Source of the DNA: an uncultured Candidatus Saccharibacteria bacterium
Lineage (GTDB): Bacteria > Patescibacteriota > Minisyncoccia > Portnoybacterales > UBA2143
Length of the DNA stretch: 57,904 nucleotides
Assembly (NCBI GenBank): GCA_964472495.1
Contig: CAYYLD010000003.1
Coordinates: 1-57,904 of the forward strand
Direction: 5' to 3'
Positions 17,765-26,943 of the stretch are shown here, in pieces. Every line of letters starts with the position of its first letter. Positions within the stretch are counted from its first letter, which is position 1. Both the position numbers and the translations under genes were made by a program. Below the pieces are notes generated by a model. That model saw only the letters and a program-made list of their open reading frames with translations. It searched no databases and was not told the DNA's origin.

Positions 17765-17912
17765 CGCTTGGTCGTATGCTTTTTAGCGACATAGAATTGC
17801 GAACGGGCATGGTTTCGGCCGCCTTAGGCGGGCGGAGAGCGAGCAATTATAAAGAGCGGAAATCCTCGCCGGGGATTTCCGCGTTCGCTAAAAGACATAC
17901 AACTAAGCGTTA
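17762..17912. mobile_element. MITE-like structured element with ~28-bp imperfect terminal inverted repeats
   Basis: TAACGCTTGGTCGTATGCTTTTTAGCGA versus TCGCTAAAAGACATACAACTAAGCGTTA; internal hairpins GCGGAAATCC/GGATTTCCGC and CCGCC-TTA-GGCGG; no ORF. Confidence 0.55.
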
Positions 17913-17919
17913 TTACTAA

Positions 17920-19224
17920 ATGTCAATTTATTTAGAGAAAATCTTTTTTTATCTGCTCATTTTCTGTCTGCCTTTTCAGACCCGGAAGATAGTTTGTCAG
18001 TGGTCAGGTGATTTTAATGAATGGACCAGTGCTTATCTTTATTTAACTGACCTTTTGCTTGTACTGATTTTTCTCTTTTGGGCCTGGCGTAAAAGGAAAG
18101 GAAGATTTTTTAAAGAAGGAATTACTCTTCGATTGGATTGGCTCGCTCAGGGGATAAAAAAAGCCAGCTTTTGGCTGGTTGTTTTTTTAATTGTCAGTTT
18201 AATTTCCTTAATTCAGGCGGAGAATATTCAGCTGGGCTTTTATATCTGGTTTAAGCTTTTAGAAATGGTCGGTTTTTTCTTTTACCTTAAATATAATTTT
18301 AACCGGTTATTTAATTTTAGGCGATTGGCCCAGGTTTTGGTAGCCAGCGGTTTTTTTCAGGCCTTGATCGGCTTGACTCAATATTTTAATCAGAAGAGTT
18401 TAGGTTTGTGGTTTTTCAGGGAGAGCCCTTTAGGTCCGGAAATAGCCGGGGTAGCTAAGATTATCGTTGATAAAATTGCTCTAATCCGGGCTTATGGCAC
18501 TCTGCCTCACCCCAATCTATTGGCTGTTTTTCTTTTCCTGAGCATTTTCTCCCTTTATTTTCTCTGGCTAAAAGAAGATAGTTTTTTTATTAAAGATTGC
18601 TTAAAACTGACTGTTTTCGGTTTCCTCTTAGCTACTCTCTGGCTGACCTTTTCCCGTTTAATTATAGTCACTTTTATCTTAGCCAGTCTTTTATTTTTTA
18701 TCTGGACTTATTTTAAAAAACCCCGGCTTCATAAAAAAATAACTGGTTTATTGATATTGTTTATTGTTTTTTGTTCTTTGTTTACTTTTCTGCTCTGGCC
18801 GGAAATATCGGCCCGCCTTTCCGTTTCCCTAACCGAACAGGCGGTTAGTTTGCGCGCTTTTTATAACCAAACCGCTCTCTCGATAATCAAAGAACAGCCT
18901 TGGTTGGGAGTTGGCTTAGGTAATTTCGTCTGGCAGATAAGAAAAATGCTCTCTCTTTTGGCTGGTTGGCTCCATCAGCCGGTTCATAATGTCTATTTAT
19001 TAATAGCTAGCGAAATGGGTCTTATTGGTTTAGTTATCTTTTTGGTTTTTATTTTTCAGTTGTTAAGAGAAATCCGTCGCCAAGAGTATTTTGGCTGGTT
19101 TATTATTGTTTCCTTTCTTTTTATCGGTCTCTTTGATCATTTTTTCTGGACGCTTCAACAAGGCCAGTTAATCTTTTGGTTAGTCTTAGGGATAATGGCT
19201 AGTCAGCGATTTTCCATAATTTGA
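17920..19224 (+). CDS. O-antigen ligase (Wzy_C) family membrane protein
   Basis: Many TM helices; RAYGTLPHPNLLA, TFSR, GVGLGNF, PVHNVYL. Confidence 0.85.
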   Translation: MSIYLEKIFFYLLIFCLPFQTRKIVCQWSGDFNEWTSAYLYLTDLLLVLIFLFWAWRKRKGRFFKEGITLRLDWLAQGIKKASFWLVVFLIVSLISLIQAENIQLGFYIWFKLLEMVGFFFYLKYNFNRLFNFRRLAQVLVASGFFQALIGLTQYFNQKSLGLWFFRESPLGPEIAGVAKIIVDKIALIRAYGTLPHPNLLAVFLFLSIFSLYFLWLKEDSFFIKDCLKLTVFGFLLATLWLTFSRLIIVTFILASLLFFIWTYFKKPRLHKKITGLLILFIVFCSLFTFLLWPEISARLSVSLTEQAVSLRAFYNQTALSIIKEQPWLGVGLGNFVWQIRKMLSLLAGWLHQPVHNVYLLIASEMGLIGLVIFLVFIFQLLREIRRQEYFGWFIIVSFLFIGLFDHFFWTLQQGQLIFWLVLGIMASQRFSII

Positions 19225-19248
19225 CCCTTGATTGGGAGAGAGTATAAT
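19221..19248 (+). promoter_or_regulatory. Sigma70 promoter for tRNA-Arg(CCG)
   Basis: TTGACC-16 bp-TATAAT. Confidence 0.6.
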
Positions 19249-19259
19249 GAAGGTGAATT

Positions 19260-19332
19260 GTGCCTGTAGCTCAGCGGACAGAGCATCAGCTTCCGGAGCT
19301 GGGGGTCGCAGGTTCAAATCCTGCCAGGCACG
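19260..19332 (+). tRNA. tRNA-Arg (anticodon CCG)
   Basis: Acceptor GTGCCTG/CAGGCAC, anticodon arm TCAGC-TTCCGGA-GCTGG, T-loop TTCAAAT. Confidence 0.92.
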
Positions 19333-19377
19333 CTGTTAATTTAAAGGAGGCTTTTTAATTTTGTCCTTGTCGCTTCT

Positions 19378-20679
19378 ATGCGCTTTCTTGCTGACTTGCA
19401 TATCCATTCTAAATATTCGCGGGCCACTTCCAAGGAAATGGATGTGGAAAATTTGAATAAATGGGCCAAAATTAAGGGGGTTAAAGTTTTAGGAACGGGT
19501 GATTTTACTCACCCCCTTTGGTTAAAAGAACTCAAGGAAAAACTTGAACCAGCTGAACCAGGTCTTTTTAAAGTTAAGAAGAAAAGTCATCTGCGGTCGG
19601 CTAACCATGACTGGTTGCCCAATAACAATCATCATCAAGACGAAGGAACCCGTTTTTTGTTGAGCGCTGAAATCAGTTGTATTTATTCCAAGAATGGCCG
19701 GACCCGCAGAATTCATATTGTTGTTTTAGCTCCTGATTTTCCGATAGTTGAAAAAATCAACACTCGCTTAGGCTGGATTGGTAATCTTAAAGCTGACGGA
19801 CGGCCGATTCTAGGGTTGGACGCTAAAGAGCTGGCTAAAATTGTTTTAAATACTTCTCAAGATTGCTTTATTATTCCGGCTCATATTTGGACGCCCTGGT
19901 TTTCTTTGTTCGGCTCCAATTCCGGCTTTGATTCTTTAAGGGAATGCTTTGACGAATACAGCCAGTATATTTACGCAGCTGAAACCGGTCTTTCTTCCGA
20001 CCCGGCTATGAATTGGCGTTGGTCCGCTTTAGACAGGATGGCTTTGGTCAGTAATTCCGATGCCCATAGCCCTAGTCGGATTGGCCGGGAAGCAAATCTC
20101 TTTGATACCGAATTGAGTTATCCGGCCATTATCCAGGCAATCAAAAGCAAAGATTCCCAGAAGTTTCTGGAGACAATTGAATTTTTTCCCGAAGAAGGTA
20201 GGTATCATTATGACGGCCATCGTAATTGTAAAGTCAGTCTTGCCCCTCAAGAAGCTAAAAAAATAAAAAATATTTGTCCTCAATGCGGCAAGCCCTTGAC
20301 CATTGGAGTACTTCATCGGGTTGATGATTTAGCTGACCGTCAAGAGGGAGACAAGCCAAGCCAAACTATTCCTTTTAAAAAAATAGTCCCTCTGGAAGAA
20401 ATCATTGCTGAAGCTAAGGGAATGGGTGTTGGCAGTAAGGCGGTCGAAGAAGAGTATAAGAATATGATTAAGCACTTCGGTTCCGAATTTAAGATACTTT
20501 TTAACGTTAGCCCGGAACAAATAGAGCAGGCCAGTTCGCCAGAACTGGCCGAGGGGATTAAACGAGTTCGTCAAGAAAAAGTCCAGATCGAGCCGGGCTA
20601 TGATGGCGAATATGGTCGGATTAAAATTTTTAAAGATGAAGAGCGAGGCAATTTTTCCAAACAAGCCAGTTTATTTTAA
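19378..20679 (+). CDS. PHP-domain endonuclease Q-family protein with Zn ribbon
   Basis: DLHIHSKYSRAT, GTGDFTHP, ETGLSSDP, SNSDAHS, CPQCGK, PGYDGEYG. Confidence 0.85.
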   Translation: MRFLADLHIHSKYSRATSKEMDVENLNKWAKIKGVKVLGTGDFTHPLWLKELKEKLEPAEPGLFKVKKKSHLRSANHDWLPNNNHHQDEGTRFLLSAEISCIYSKNGRTRRIHIVVLAPDFPIVEKINTRLGWIGNLKADGRPILGLDAKELAKIVLNTSQDCFIIPAHIWTPWFSLFGSNSGFDSLRECFDEYSQYIYAAETGLSSDPAMNWRWSALDRMALVSNSDAHSPSRIGREANLFDTELSYPAIIQAIKSKDSQKFLETIEFFPEEGRYHYDGHRNCKVSLAPQEAKKIKNICPQCGKPLTIGVLHRVDDLADRQEGDKPSQTIPFKKIVPLEEIIAEAKGMGVGSKAVEEEYKNMIKHFGSEFKILFNVSPEQIEQASSPELAEGIKRVRQEKVQIEPGYDGEYGRIKIFKDEERGNFSKQASLF

Positions 20680-20685
20680 TTGACA

Positions 20686-22242
20686 ATGAGAAAACTTTGG
20701 TTTTCTATTTTTATTATCTTAATTGGAGGAGTTTTTCTCTTCCTTTTTTTAAAAGGGACAGATGAAACCAGTCAAATAACTTCTATGTTAGACAAATCTC
20801 AAGAAAGATATGTTCGTCAACCAGCCGTGGCCGGTCAGTTTTATCCGTCGGACAAAGAAGAGCTGACAGAGGTCATTAACCGGTTCCTGGAACAAGTTGA
20901 ACTGCCGAGGACAACAGGACTAATAAGGGCCTTGGTTGTTCCGCACGCCGGATATGTCTTTTCCGGGCCGGTGGCCGCTTATGGTTTTAAGGCGATTCAG
21001 GGGCAAAAAGTTAAAACAGTTATTTTAATCGGGCCAAGTCATCATCAGTATTTAAATGGAGCGATTATTGATGGAAATGACGTCTGGCAGACGCCCTTGG
21101 GTCAGGTGGATGTGGATACTGATTTAAGAGACATTTTAGTTAAAGAGAGTTCTTTATTTAAAATAGATTCATTGCCTCATCAGCCGGAGCATTGTTTAGA
21201 AGTGGAGATGCCTTTTTTACAAAACGTCTTAGAGGATTTCAAAATTTTGCCGGTTTTAGTTGGTCAACTGACTGATGATGATTTGGAAAAGATCAGTCAA
21301 ACTTTGGCCGGACACATTGATGACAAAACTCTATTAGTTGCTAGTTCGGATATGTCCCACTATCCAACTTATGAGCAGGCTAATTATGCGGATAAAAAAG
21401 TGATTGAGGCGGTCTTGACCGGTCAGGTTTCTAAATTACGGGAGATTATTGACCAATTGACCGGGGAAAATATTGCCAATTTAGATACTTGTTTATGCGG
21501 TCGGGAGGCGGTGGAAATACTGATGACTATTGTTCAAGGAAAAGAAGCGGCTGAGATCAAACTTTTGAAATATGCCAATTCCGGCGACGTATCTGTTGGT
21601 GATAAATCGCAGGTAGTTGGTTACTCATCCATCAGTTTTAGCTGGTCCGGAGAATCAAAGCCGTCTTCAGAAATAACTCTGAATCAGGGGCAAAAAGATA
21701 AGCTTTTAGAGATTGCCAAGACCTCTGTGGAAAAATATATTTTAGAAAGCCAAATACCTCAATTTGAAATTAACGATTCGCTTTTAAACGAACCTCTGGG
21801 TGCTTTTGTCACTTTGAAAAGAGATGGTCAGTTAAAGGGCTGTCTTGGCCGATTTTCCTCCGAAGGCGAATCCGCCTCTGGCGGAGAATCTAATATTCCT
21901 TTATACCAGGTAATTTCTCAAATGGCCGCGGCCGCGGCTACCCAGGATGCTCGTTTTAAACCAATTCAAGCCAGTGAATTAAATGATTTAGAATACGAGA
22001 TTTCTGTTTTAAGTCCCTTGAAGAAGATAGACGACTGGCATCAGATAGAATTAGGTAAACATGGTGTCCAAATCAGGCAGGGACTTCGTTCAGGAGTTTT
22101 CTTGCCGCAAGTAGCCACGGAAAACAATTGGGATTTAGATACTTTTATGGGTCAGCTTTGTTCCCAAAAAGCCGGTCTTACCTGGGATTGCTGGAAGAGC
22201 AGCCAAGTCGATATTTACATTTTCACCGCTCAGGTCTTTTAA
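20686..22242 (+). CDS. Fused MEMO1 (AmmeMemoRadiSam B) + AMMECR1 (AmmeMemoRadiSam A) protein with N-terminal TM
   Basis: RQPAVAGQFYP, PHAGY, EHCLEV, SSDMSHY; then GAFVTL, LKGCLG, EISVLSP, GVFLPQV. Confidence 0.88.
   Translation: MRKLWFSIFIILIGGVFLFLFLKGTDETSQITSMLDKSQERYVRQPAVAGQFYPSDKEELTEVINRFLEQVELPRTTGLIRALVVPHAGYVFSGPVAAYGFKAIQGQKVKTVILIGPSHHQYLNGAIIDGNDVWQTPLGQVDVDTDLRDILVKESSLFKIDSLPHQPEHCLEVEMPFLQNVLEDFKILPVLVGQLTDDDLEKISQTLAGHIDDKTLLVASSDMSHYPTYEQANYADKKVIEAVLTGQVSKLREIIDQLTGENIANLDTCLCGREAVEILMTIVQGKEAAEIKLLKYANSGDVSVGDKSQVVGYSSISFSWSGESKPSSEITLNQGQKDKLLEIAKTSVEKYILESQIPQFEINDSLLNEPLGAFVTLKRDGQLKGCLGRFSSEGESASGGESNIPLYQVISQMAAAAATQDARFKPIQASELNDLEYEISVLSPLKKIDDWHQIELGKHGVQIRQGLRSGVFLPQVATENNWDLDTFMGQLCSQKAGLTWDCWKSSQVDIYIFTAQVF
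21856..21885. repeat. 30-nt double-hairpin repeat (family A) in frame in the AMMECR1 domain
   Basis: TCCTCCGAAGGCGAATCCGCCTCTGGCGGA encodes SSEGESASGG. Confidence 0.8.
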
Positions 22243-22344
22243 ACCAGCCGCTTGATTACTTGACACTTATCAGTCAATTTGTTATTTTTCAGTTAATTTA
22301 AGTTCCTTGTCAATCATGGATTGAAACTTTTTGAGGAGGGGAAG

Positions 22345-23376
22345 ATGGGAAAATTACACCATATTATTGAGGCTCAACAGTTTGATAGAAGGGCGCTTCA
22401 AGAAATTTTCTTATCAGTCGATAAGATGGCTGATTGGATGGTTCAAGAAGATATGTGGATGAAGAAAGAAGCTCAGGTCAGTCTTTCAGCCGAGGAGAAA
22501 AAGGAGAGGCAGAGAAGCAGATTGGAGATGCAAAGAGGGGTCAAGGGAAAAAGGATGTTTTCCGTTTTTTACCAGTCAAGTACCCGGACCCGGGCCTCCT
22601 TTGAGACAGCCATGAAAATCTTGGGCGGTGAGGTAGCTGTTTCTTTCAGCAGCGAACAGGAATTTTCTAATACAGCTAGAAAAAAGGCCTTAGAGGATAC
22701 GGTGAGGGGATTGGGACTTCTCTTCCCGCACGTCATTGTCTTACGTCATCCACATGCAGGGGCGGCTGAAAGAGCCAAAGAAGTTTCTTCCGGGGTGCCG
22801 ATTATCAACGCTGGTGATGGGCCCAATCAACATCCAACCCAAGCTATCGCTGATCTCTACACAATTCGGAATCTCTTCAAGCAGATAGACGGTTTGTCTA
22901 TAGCCTTTGTTGGCAACTTGTTTAGCAGTCGGGAAATCAGATCTTTATGTTATTTGTTAGCTGAATATGACGTAGACATTTATGCTGTCTCGCCAGATAT
23001 GTTAAAGCTGCGTCAGGATGTTAGGGACTGCCTGAATAAGGCGGCTGGTGTTCGTCTATTTGAGGTTGATAATTTGGAAGAAATAGTTGGTAAAGTCAAA
23101 GTACTTTATCAGGCTCGTATTCCGGGAAAGGCTTCGGGGGGCGATACGTTCGTTGTTGAAGATCAGATGTTTTCATATCGGGAAATCAAAAAGAGATATA
23201 CCATCAATGACCAGGTTTTGAAAAAGCTGCTCAAGGGGTCAATTGTCATGGATTTATCTTTCCGGCCGGAAGATTCTTTAGATCTCAAGAATGTCCCGTT
23301 GGTCTGTTATACACAAATTCAGAATGGCCTTTTCGTCCGAATGGCTCTCTTAAAGATGATCTTGGATTCAATATAA
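22345..23376 (+). CDS. Divergent aspartate carbamoyltransferase (PyrB)-like protein
   Basis: STRT, LRHP, NAGDG and HPTQ retained; RxQ and HPLP motifs degenerate; start at ATG 22345. Confidence 0.75.
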   Translation: MGKLHHIIEAQQFDRRALQEIFLSVDKMADWMVQEDMWMKKEAQVSLSAEEKKERQRSRLEMQRGVKGKRMFSVFYQSSTRTRASFETAMKILGGEVAVSFSSEQEFSNTARKKALEDTVRGLGLLFPHVIVLRHPHAGAAERAKEVSSGVPIINAGDGPNQHPTQAIADLYTIRNLFKQIDGLSIAFVGNLFSSREIRSLCYLLAEYDVDIYAVSPDMLKLRQDVRDCLNKAAGVRLFEVDNLEEIVGKVKVLYQARIPGKASGGDTFVVEDQMFSYREIKKRYTINDQVLKKLLKGSIVMDLSFRPEDSLDLKNVPLVCYTQIQNGLFVRMALLKMILDSI

Positions 23377-23406
23377 GATAAGCCTGAAGGAAGAAGGAGG
23401 GATAGC

Positions 23407-23622
23407 GTGGCCGAAAATGAGATAGGAGATTATCAATGCCCTAATTGCCTAGAGAATGGTATTTCCTTCGGAGAATTGGAGACTGAATTTGATCGCCCCC
23501 GTCTTCCACGGCTTATGATTAAATTTTATTGCCGTCGTTGTCGAAAAGAATTTGCGGTGGAAGCTGGGGTATGGATCTATCAGGTTAGTCTGGTTTGGTT
23601 TCTTAGTGGGAAATATCCATGA
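23407..23622 (+). CDS. Small putative zinc-ribbon protein
   Basis: CPNC...CRRC; SD-like GAAGGAGG upstream. Confidence 0.55.
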   Translation: MAENEIGDYQCPNCLENGISFGELETEFDRPRLPRLMIKFYCRRCRKEFAVEAGVWIYQVSLVWFLSGKYP

Positions 23623-23625
23623 GAC

Positions 23626-23668
23626 AGGCCTTTGGCTGGTTGAATGCTAGACCAAAGGCCTTTTTTTT
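23626..23668 (+). terminator. Intrinsic terminator
   Basis: AGGCCTTTGG/CCAAAGGCCT perfect 10-bp stem plus T-run. Confidence 0.75.
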
Positions 23669-23700
23669 ATTTTCCTGGTCAAGAGCGTATAATAGAGGTA

Positions 23701-24831
23701 ATGAGAACTGGCATTGCCTATTTCCCCTTAGATTATGGTCAGTGTCCGCGCTGGCTTTTTGAGCGAATGACCCGTTTGGCTCGATTGATTAGTTTGGCCG
23801 TTGTTGAAGAATTTGGGCCGGAAGAATTTTTGAAACGTTTGGCTGACCCGATTTGGTTTCAGTCCTTTGGCTGTGTCAGTGGTTTTGACTGGAATAGCAG
23901 CGGCCTGACGACGACCACCTTGGGCGCTTTAAAGATGGGAGTGGCTGGCTTAGAAAATGAATTGGGCATTTTTGTCTGCGGCGGCAAGGGAAAAACTTCC
24001 AAAAAGACGCCTCAGAATATTGAGGACTGGGGTCAATTTTTGGGCTGGCCAATGAAAAAAATTGACCATTTGGTTGAAGCCAGCAAAATGAGCGCTAAAG
24101 TTGATAATACGGCCTTACAAGATGGTTTTCAGCTTTATCATCATAACTTAATTTTTAGTAAAAAAGGTACTTGGACAGTTATCCAGCAGGGAATGAATGT
24201 CCAGGCCAAAAAGGCGCGCCGTTACCATTGGCTTTCTTCAAATCTTGGTCAGCGGGCCGGCCAAGAAGATTTTGTTGAAGAACCGCATAGCGGGATTGCT
24301 TCCCAAATCAAGGTTAAGCCGCTTAATCTGACTGCCAAACAAAGCAGAAACAACCGTCAAATTTCCAGTCAATTAGTCAAAGAAGGACCGAAAACCTTTT
24401 TAAAGGATATCGATTTAATCCAGAAGAGGAAAGAGGGTCAGTTAACTTTAATGGAATTGCCTAATTTGGAATTTCATCATCACGCGGTTGAAGAAGAAAA
24501 ATTTGATTTAAAGCGGCTTCAAAAAACTGTTTTCCTGGCTCATCAATGCCAACCGGAAAATTTTGGACAGTTATTAAGGATTAAGGGTGTCGGACCGCGG
24601 ACCATCCGGGCTTTATCATTGGTCGCTGAATTAATTTACGGAGCCAGACCGTCTTATGATGACCCGGCTCGTTATTCTTTTGCTCATGGCGGCAAGGACG
24701 GCACGCCTTTTCCGGTTGACCGCAAGTCCTATGACCGAACCTTGGCCGTTATGGAAAAGGCGATTAAAAAGAGCAAGATTAGGTATCATGAAAAATCAGC
24801 GGCCTTGCAAAGATTAAATAAATTTACTTAA
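23701..24831 (+). CDS. DUF763 family protein
   Basis: PRWLFERM, DPIWFQSFGCV.GFDWNSSG.TT, AHGGKDG; start moved to ATG 23701 (past the terminator). Confidence 0.85.
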   Translation: MRTGIAYFPLDYGQCPRWLFERMTRLARLISLAVVEEFGPEEFLKRLADPIWFQSFGCVSGFDWNSSGLTTTTLGALKMGVAGLENELGIFVCGGKGKTSKKTPQNIEDWGQFLGWPMKKIDHLVEASKMSAKVDNTALQDGFQLYHHNLIFSKKGTWTVIQQGMNVQAKKARRYHWLSSNLGQRAGQEDFVEEPHSGIASQIKVKPLNLTAKQSRNNRQISSQLVKEGPKTFLKDIDLIQKRKEGQLTLMELPNLEFHHHAVEEEKFDLKRLQKTVFLAHQCQPENFGQLLRIKGVGPRTIRALSLVAELIYGARPSYDDPARYSFAHGGKDGTPFPVDRKSYDRTLAVMEKAIKKSKIRYHEKSAALQRLNKFT

Positions 24832-24840
24832 TCCATATCA

Positions 24841-25566
24841 ATGGCTAAAATATACATTGGCACCAGCGGCTTTTCTTATCCTCATTGGGGAAAAGGAATC
24901 TTTTATCCAAGAGGTTTAGTTAAAACTGAGCAATTAGAATATTACAGTCAACATTTTCAGACGGTTGAACTGAACAATTCTTTTTATCGTTTGCCGGCCA
25001 TTAAGACTTTCCAAGGCTGGCATCAGCGGACGCCCCAGAACTTTATTTTCGCCGCCAAAGCCAGCCGCTATATCAGTCATGTCAAAAAGCTTAAGGACTG
25101 TTCTTCGGCTTGGCGGCTTTTCATTAGCCGGGCGGCCAAACTGAAAGAGAAATTGGGACCGATTTTGTTTCAATTACCACCGAGCTGGCAAGTTAACGTT
25201 CAGAGATTGGAGAATTTTTTAAAAATTTTACCTAAAAAATATGATTATGCTTTTGAATTTCGCCACCCAAGCTGGTTTTCTCCGGAAGTTTATCGGTTGT
25301 TGAAGAAATATAAAGTAGCTTTGTGTTTGGCTGACTCGGCTGACTGGCCTCATCAGGAAGGTTTAACGGCTAATTTTGTTTATTTACGTCTGCACGGCCG
25401 GCCTTCTCTTTATTCTTCCAATTATACTGATGAAGAATTAAAAAATTGGGCTGTTAAGATAAAGAAGTGGGCTAAGGTCAAAGATATTTACGTTTATTTC
25501 AACAATGATGCTTGTGGTTACGCGGTCAAGAATGCTCAAAAACTCAAAGAATTGATTGAAAAATAA
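24841..25566 (+). CDS. DUF72 family protein
   Basis: IGTSGFSYPHW, TVELNNSFY, LFQLPPS, FEFRHPSW, YLRLHG, YFNND. Confidence 0.92.
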   Translation: MAKIYIGTSGFSYPHWGKGIFYPRGLVKTEQLEYYSQHFQTVELNNSFYRLPAIKTFQGWHQRTPQNFIFAAKASRYISHVKKLKDCSSAWRLFISRAAKLKEKLGPILFQLPPSWQVNVQRLENFLKILPKKYDYAFEFRHPSWFSPEVYRLLKKYKVALCLADSADWPHQEGLTANFVYLRLHGRPSLYSSNYTDEELKNWAVKIKKWAKVKDIYVYFNNDACGYAVKNAQKLKELIEK

Positions 25567-25588
25567 TAAGGGTTAGTTTTGCTAACCC

Positions 25589-26458
25589 TTATTGATGTTC
25601 TTTTAGAAGATGCCCCCTGCGACGACGAAGTTTTTTAAGCCCTTGTTCTTTATACTTTCTGGTTCGTTCACGGCTAACATTAAAATCTTTTCCTATATCC
25701 GTTAAGGTGCGATTTCGGCCGTAATCTGTTCCACCGTCTTGGCCGATGCCATAATAATCACGGAGAGTTTTCTCTTCGCGAGGCCTGAGGCGGGGAAGAT
25801 TATTAATTATTTCTTCTCTTAATTCTTCCATTTGGGCAAATTCTTCTGGGCTGATTGAACTTTCGTTAGCAATCAGGCTGCCAAAAACCTCGTCGGTGCT
25901 ATCGCTAATGGGTTCATCTAAGGAGATTACTGATTGGGAGGCTTGAAGTAGCGTCTTAACTCTTTCTACAGGGAGTCTGCTTAGCTTGCTTAATTCTTCG
26001 GCTGTCAGCCAGCGACCATTGTCTTGAAAGAAACTGTCTCTCAATCGCTTGATTCGGTTGAGGGCTGTCCAGGCGTGGGTGTCGGAAATAGGAAATTCTT
26101 TCTGATTTTCCAAGAATTTATTAACTTCGGCTCGAATCCACCACCTGACATAAGTAGAAAATTTGGATCTTTTTGGTTCGAATCTTTTTAAGGCCTCGAG
26201 AACTCCTAAATTACCTGCCTGGATTAAATCCAAAAAGAGTTTGCCAAATTTTCCATCAAGCTTAGCCCGGTAGTATTTTTTGATAATATAGATAACCAAC
26301 TTTAAGTTACCTTCGACTAGTTGGTTTCGGGCTTCTCTATCACCGCCTCTTGCTTTCAGGAATAATTCTTTTACTTTTTCTTCTGGTAAATGGTCAGGCA
26401 AGCAATCCAGTTCTTCTGAATAGATATCTAATAAACTTTTTCTCTCTCCTGTCTCCAT
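25589..26458 (-). CDS. Sigma70-family RNA polymerase sigma factor (RpoD/RpoS-like paralog without region 1.1)
   Basis: NLKLV, DLIQAGNLG, FSTYVRWWIR, SLDEP, TLTDIGKDFNVSRER; ATG 26458 follows an AAGGAGGT SD. Confidence 0.88.
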   Translation of the reverse strand: METGERKSLLDIYSEELDCLPDHLPEEKVKELFLKARGGDREARNQLVEGNLKLVIYIIKKYYRAKLDGKFGKLFLDLIQAGNLGVLEALKRFEPKRSKFSTYVRWWIRAEVNKFLENQKEFPISDTHAWTALNRIKRLRDSFFQDNGRWLTAEELSKLSRLPVERVKTLLQASQSVISLDEPISDSTDEVFGSLIANESSISPEEFAQMEELREEIINNLPRLRPREEKTLRDYYGIGQDGGTDYGRNRTLTDIGKDFNVSRERTRKYKEQGLKKLRRRRGHLLKEHQ

Positions 26459-26536
26459 GTCCACCTCCTTAATTGTTAAATAACCACTATTTTTAATCAG
26501 ATAATCTACCTAAATAATTAACAAAAGTCAATAGAG

Positions 26537-26752
26537 ATGTTTAAAAAAATTGTTCTCGCTTTAATTAAGATTTATCAAAAAACCATCTCGCCGGACCATG
26601 GTTGGCTGCCGATTTTGCGACTTTTGGGTCAATGTCGTCATTATCCGACTTGTTCTCAATATACCTATCAGGCCGTAAAGGAGAAAGGTATCTTTAAAGG
26701 TCTTTGGTTAGGATTAAAGAGAGTAGCTACTTGTCATCCCTGGAGGAATTGA
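26537..26752 (+). CDS. yidD: Membrane protein insertion efficiency factor YidD
   Basis: IKIYQKTISP, CRHYPTCSQY, RVATCHPW. Confidence 0.9.
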   Translation: MFKKIVLALIKIYQKTISPDHGWLPILRLLGQCRHYPTCSQYTYQAVKEKGIFKGLWLGLKRVATCHPWRN

Positions 26753-26779
26753 CATTTATTAGATTATTTTATATTAAGA

Positions 26780-26917
26780 GTGTTGTGCGTCAGTTGTCAA
26801 AGATATGTACACGTTAGGGTGTAAAAACACGGAGAGGACTACTTAGCTGTCTGTCCGATGCGTGGGGAACTTGCCTATGACGATAGGGAATTGCCTCCGG
26901 ATATGGAAGAGAAATAA
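26780..26917 (+). pseudogene. Possible degraded zinc-ribbon mini-gene (or structured ncRNA)
   Basis: One frame reads VLCVSCQRYVHVRV*KHGEDYLAVCPMRGELAYDDRELPPDMEEK*, with a single internal TAA and CPxR in place of CPxC. Confidence 0.35.
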
Positions 26918-26943
26918 TAATCTTTTTCCGGAGCCGACCGTCG

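Noticed and set aside
19584-19640. Asn/His-rich loop in the endonuclease Q protein as a repeat insertion
   Set aside because: Only a 6-bp inverted repeat (AGTCAT/ATGACT) and no similarity to the repeat families.
3080-26824. Idea that TAA is recoded, from two in-frame TAA interruptions (3080, 26822)
   Set aside because: TAA ends most conserved genes here at their expected positions.
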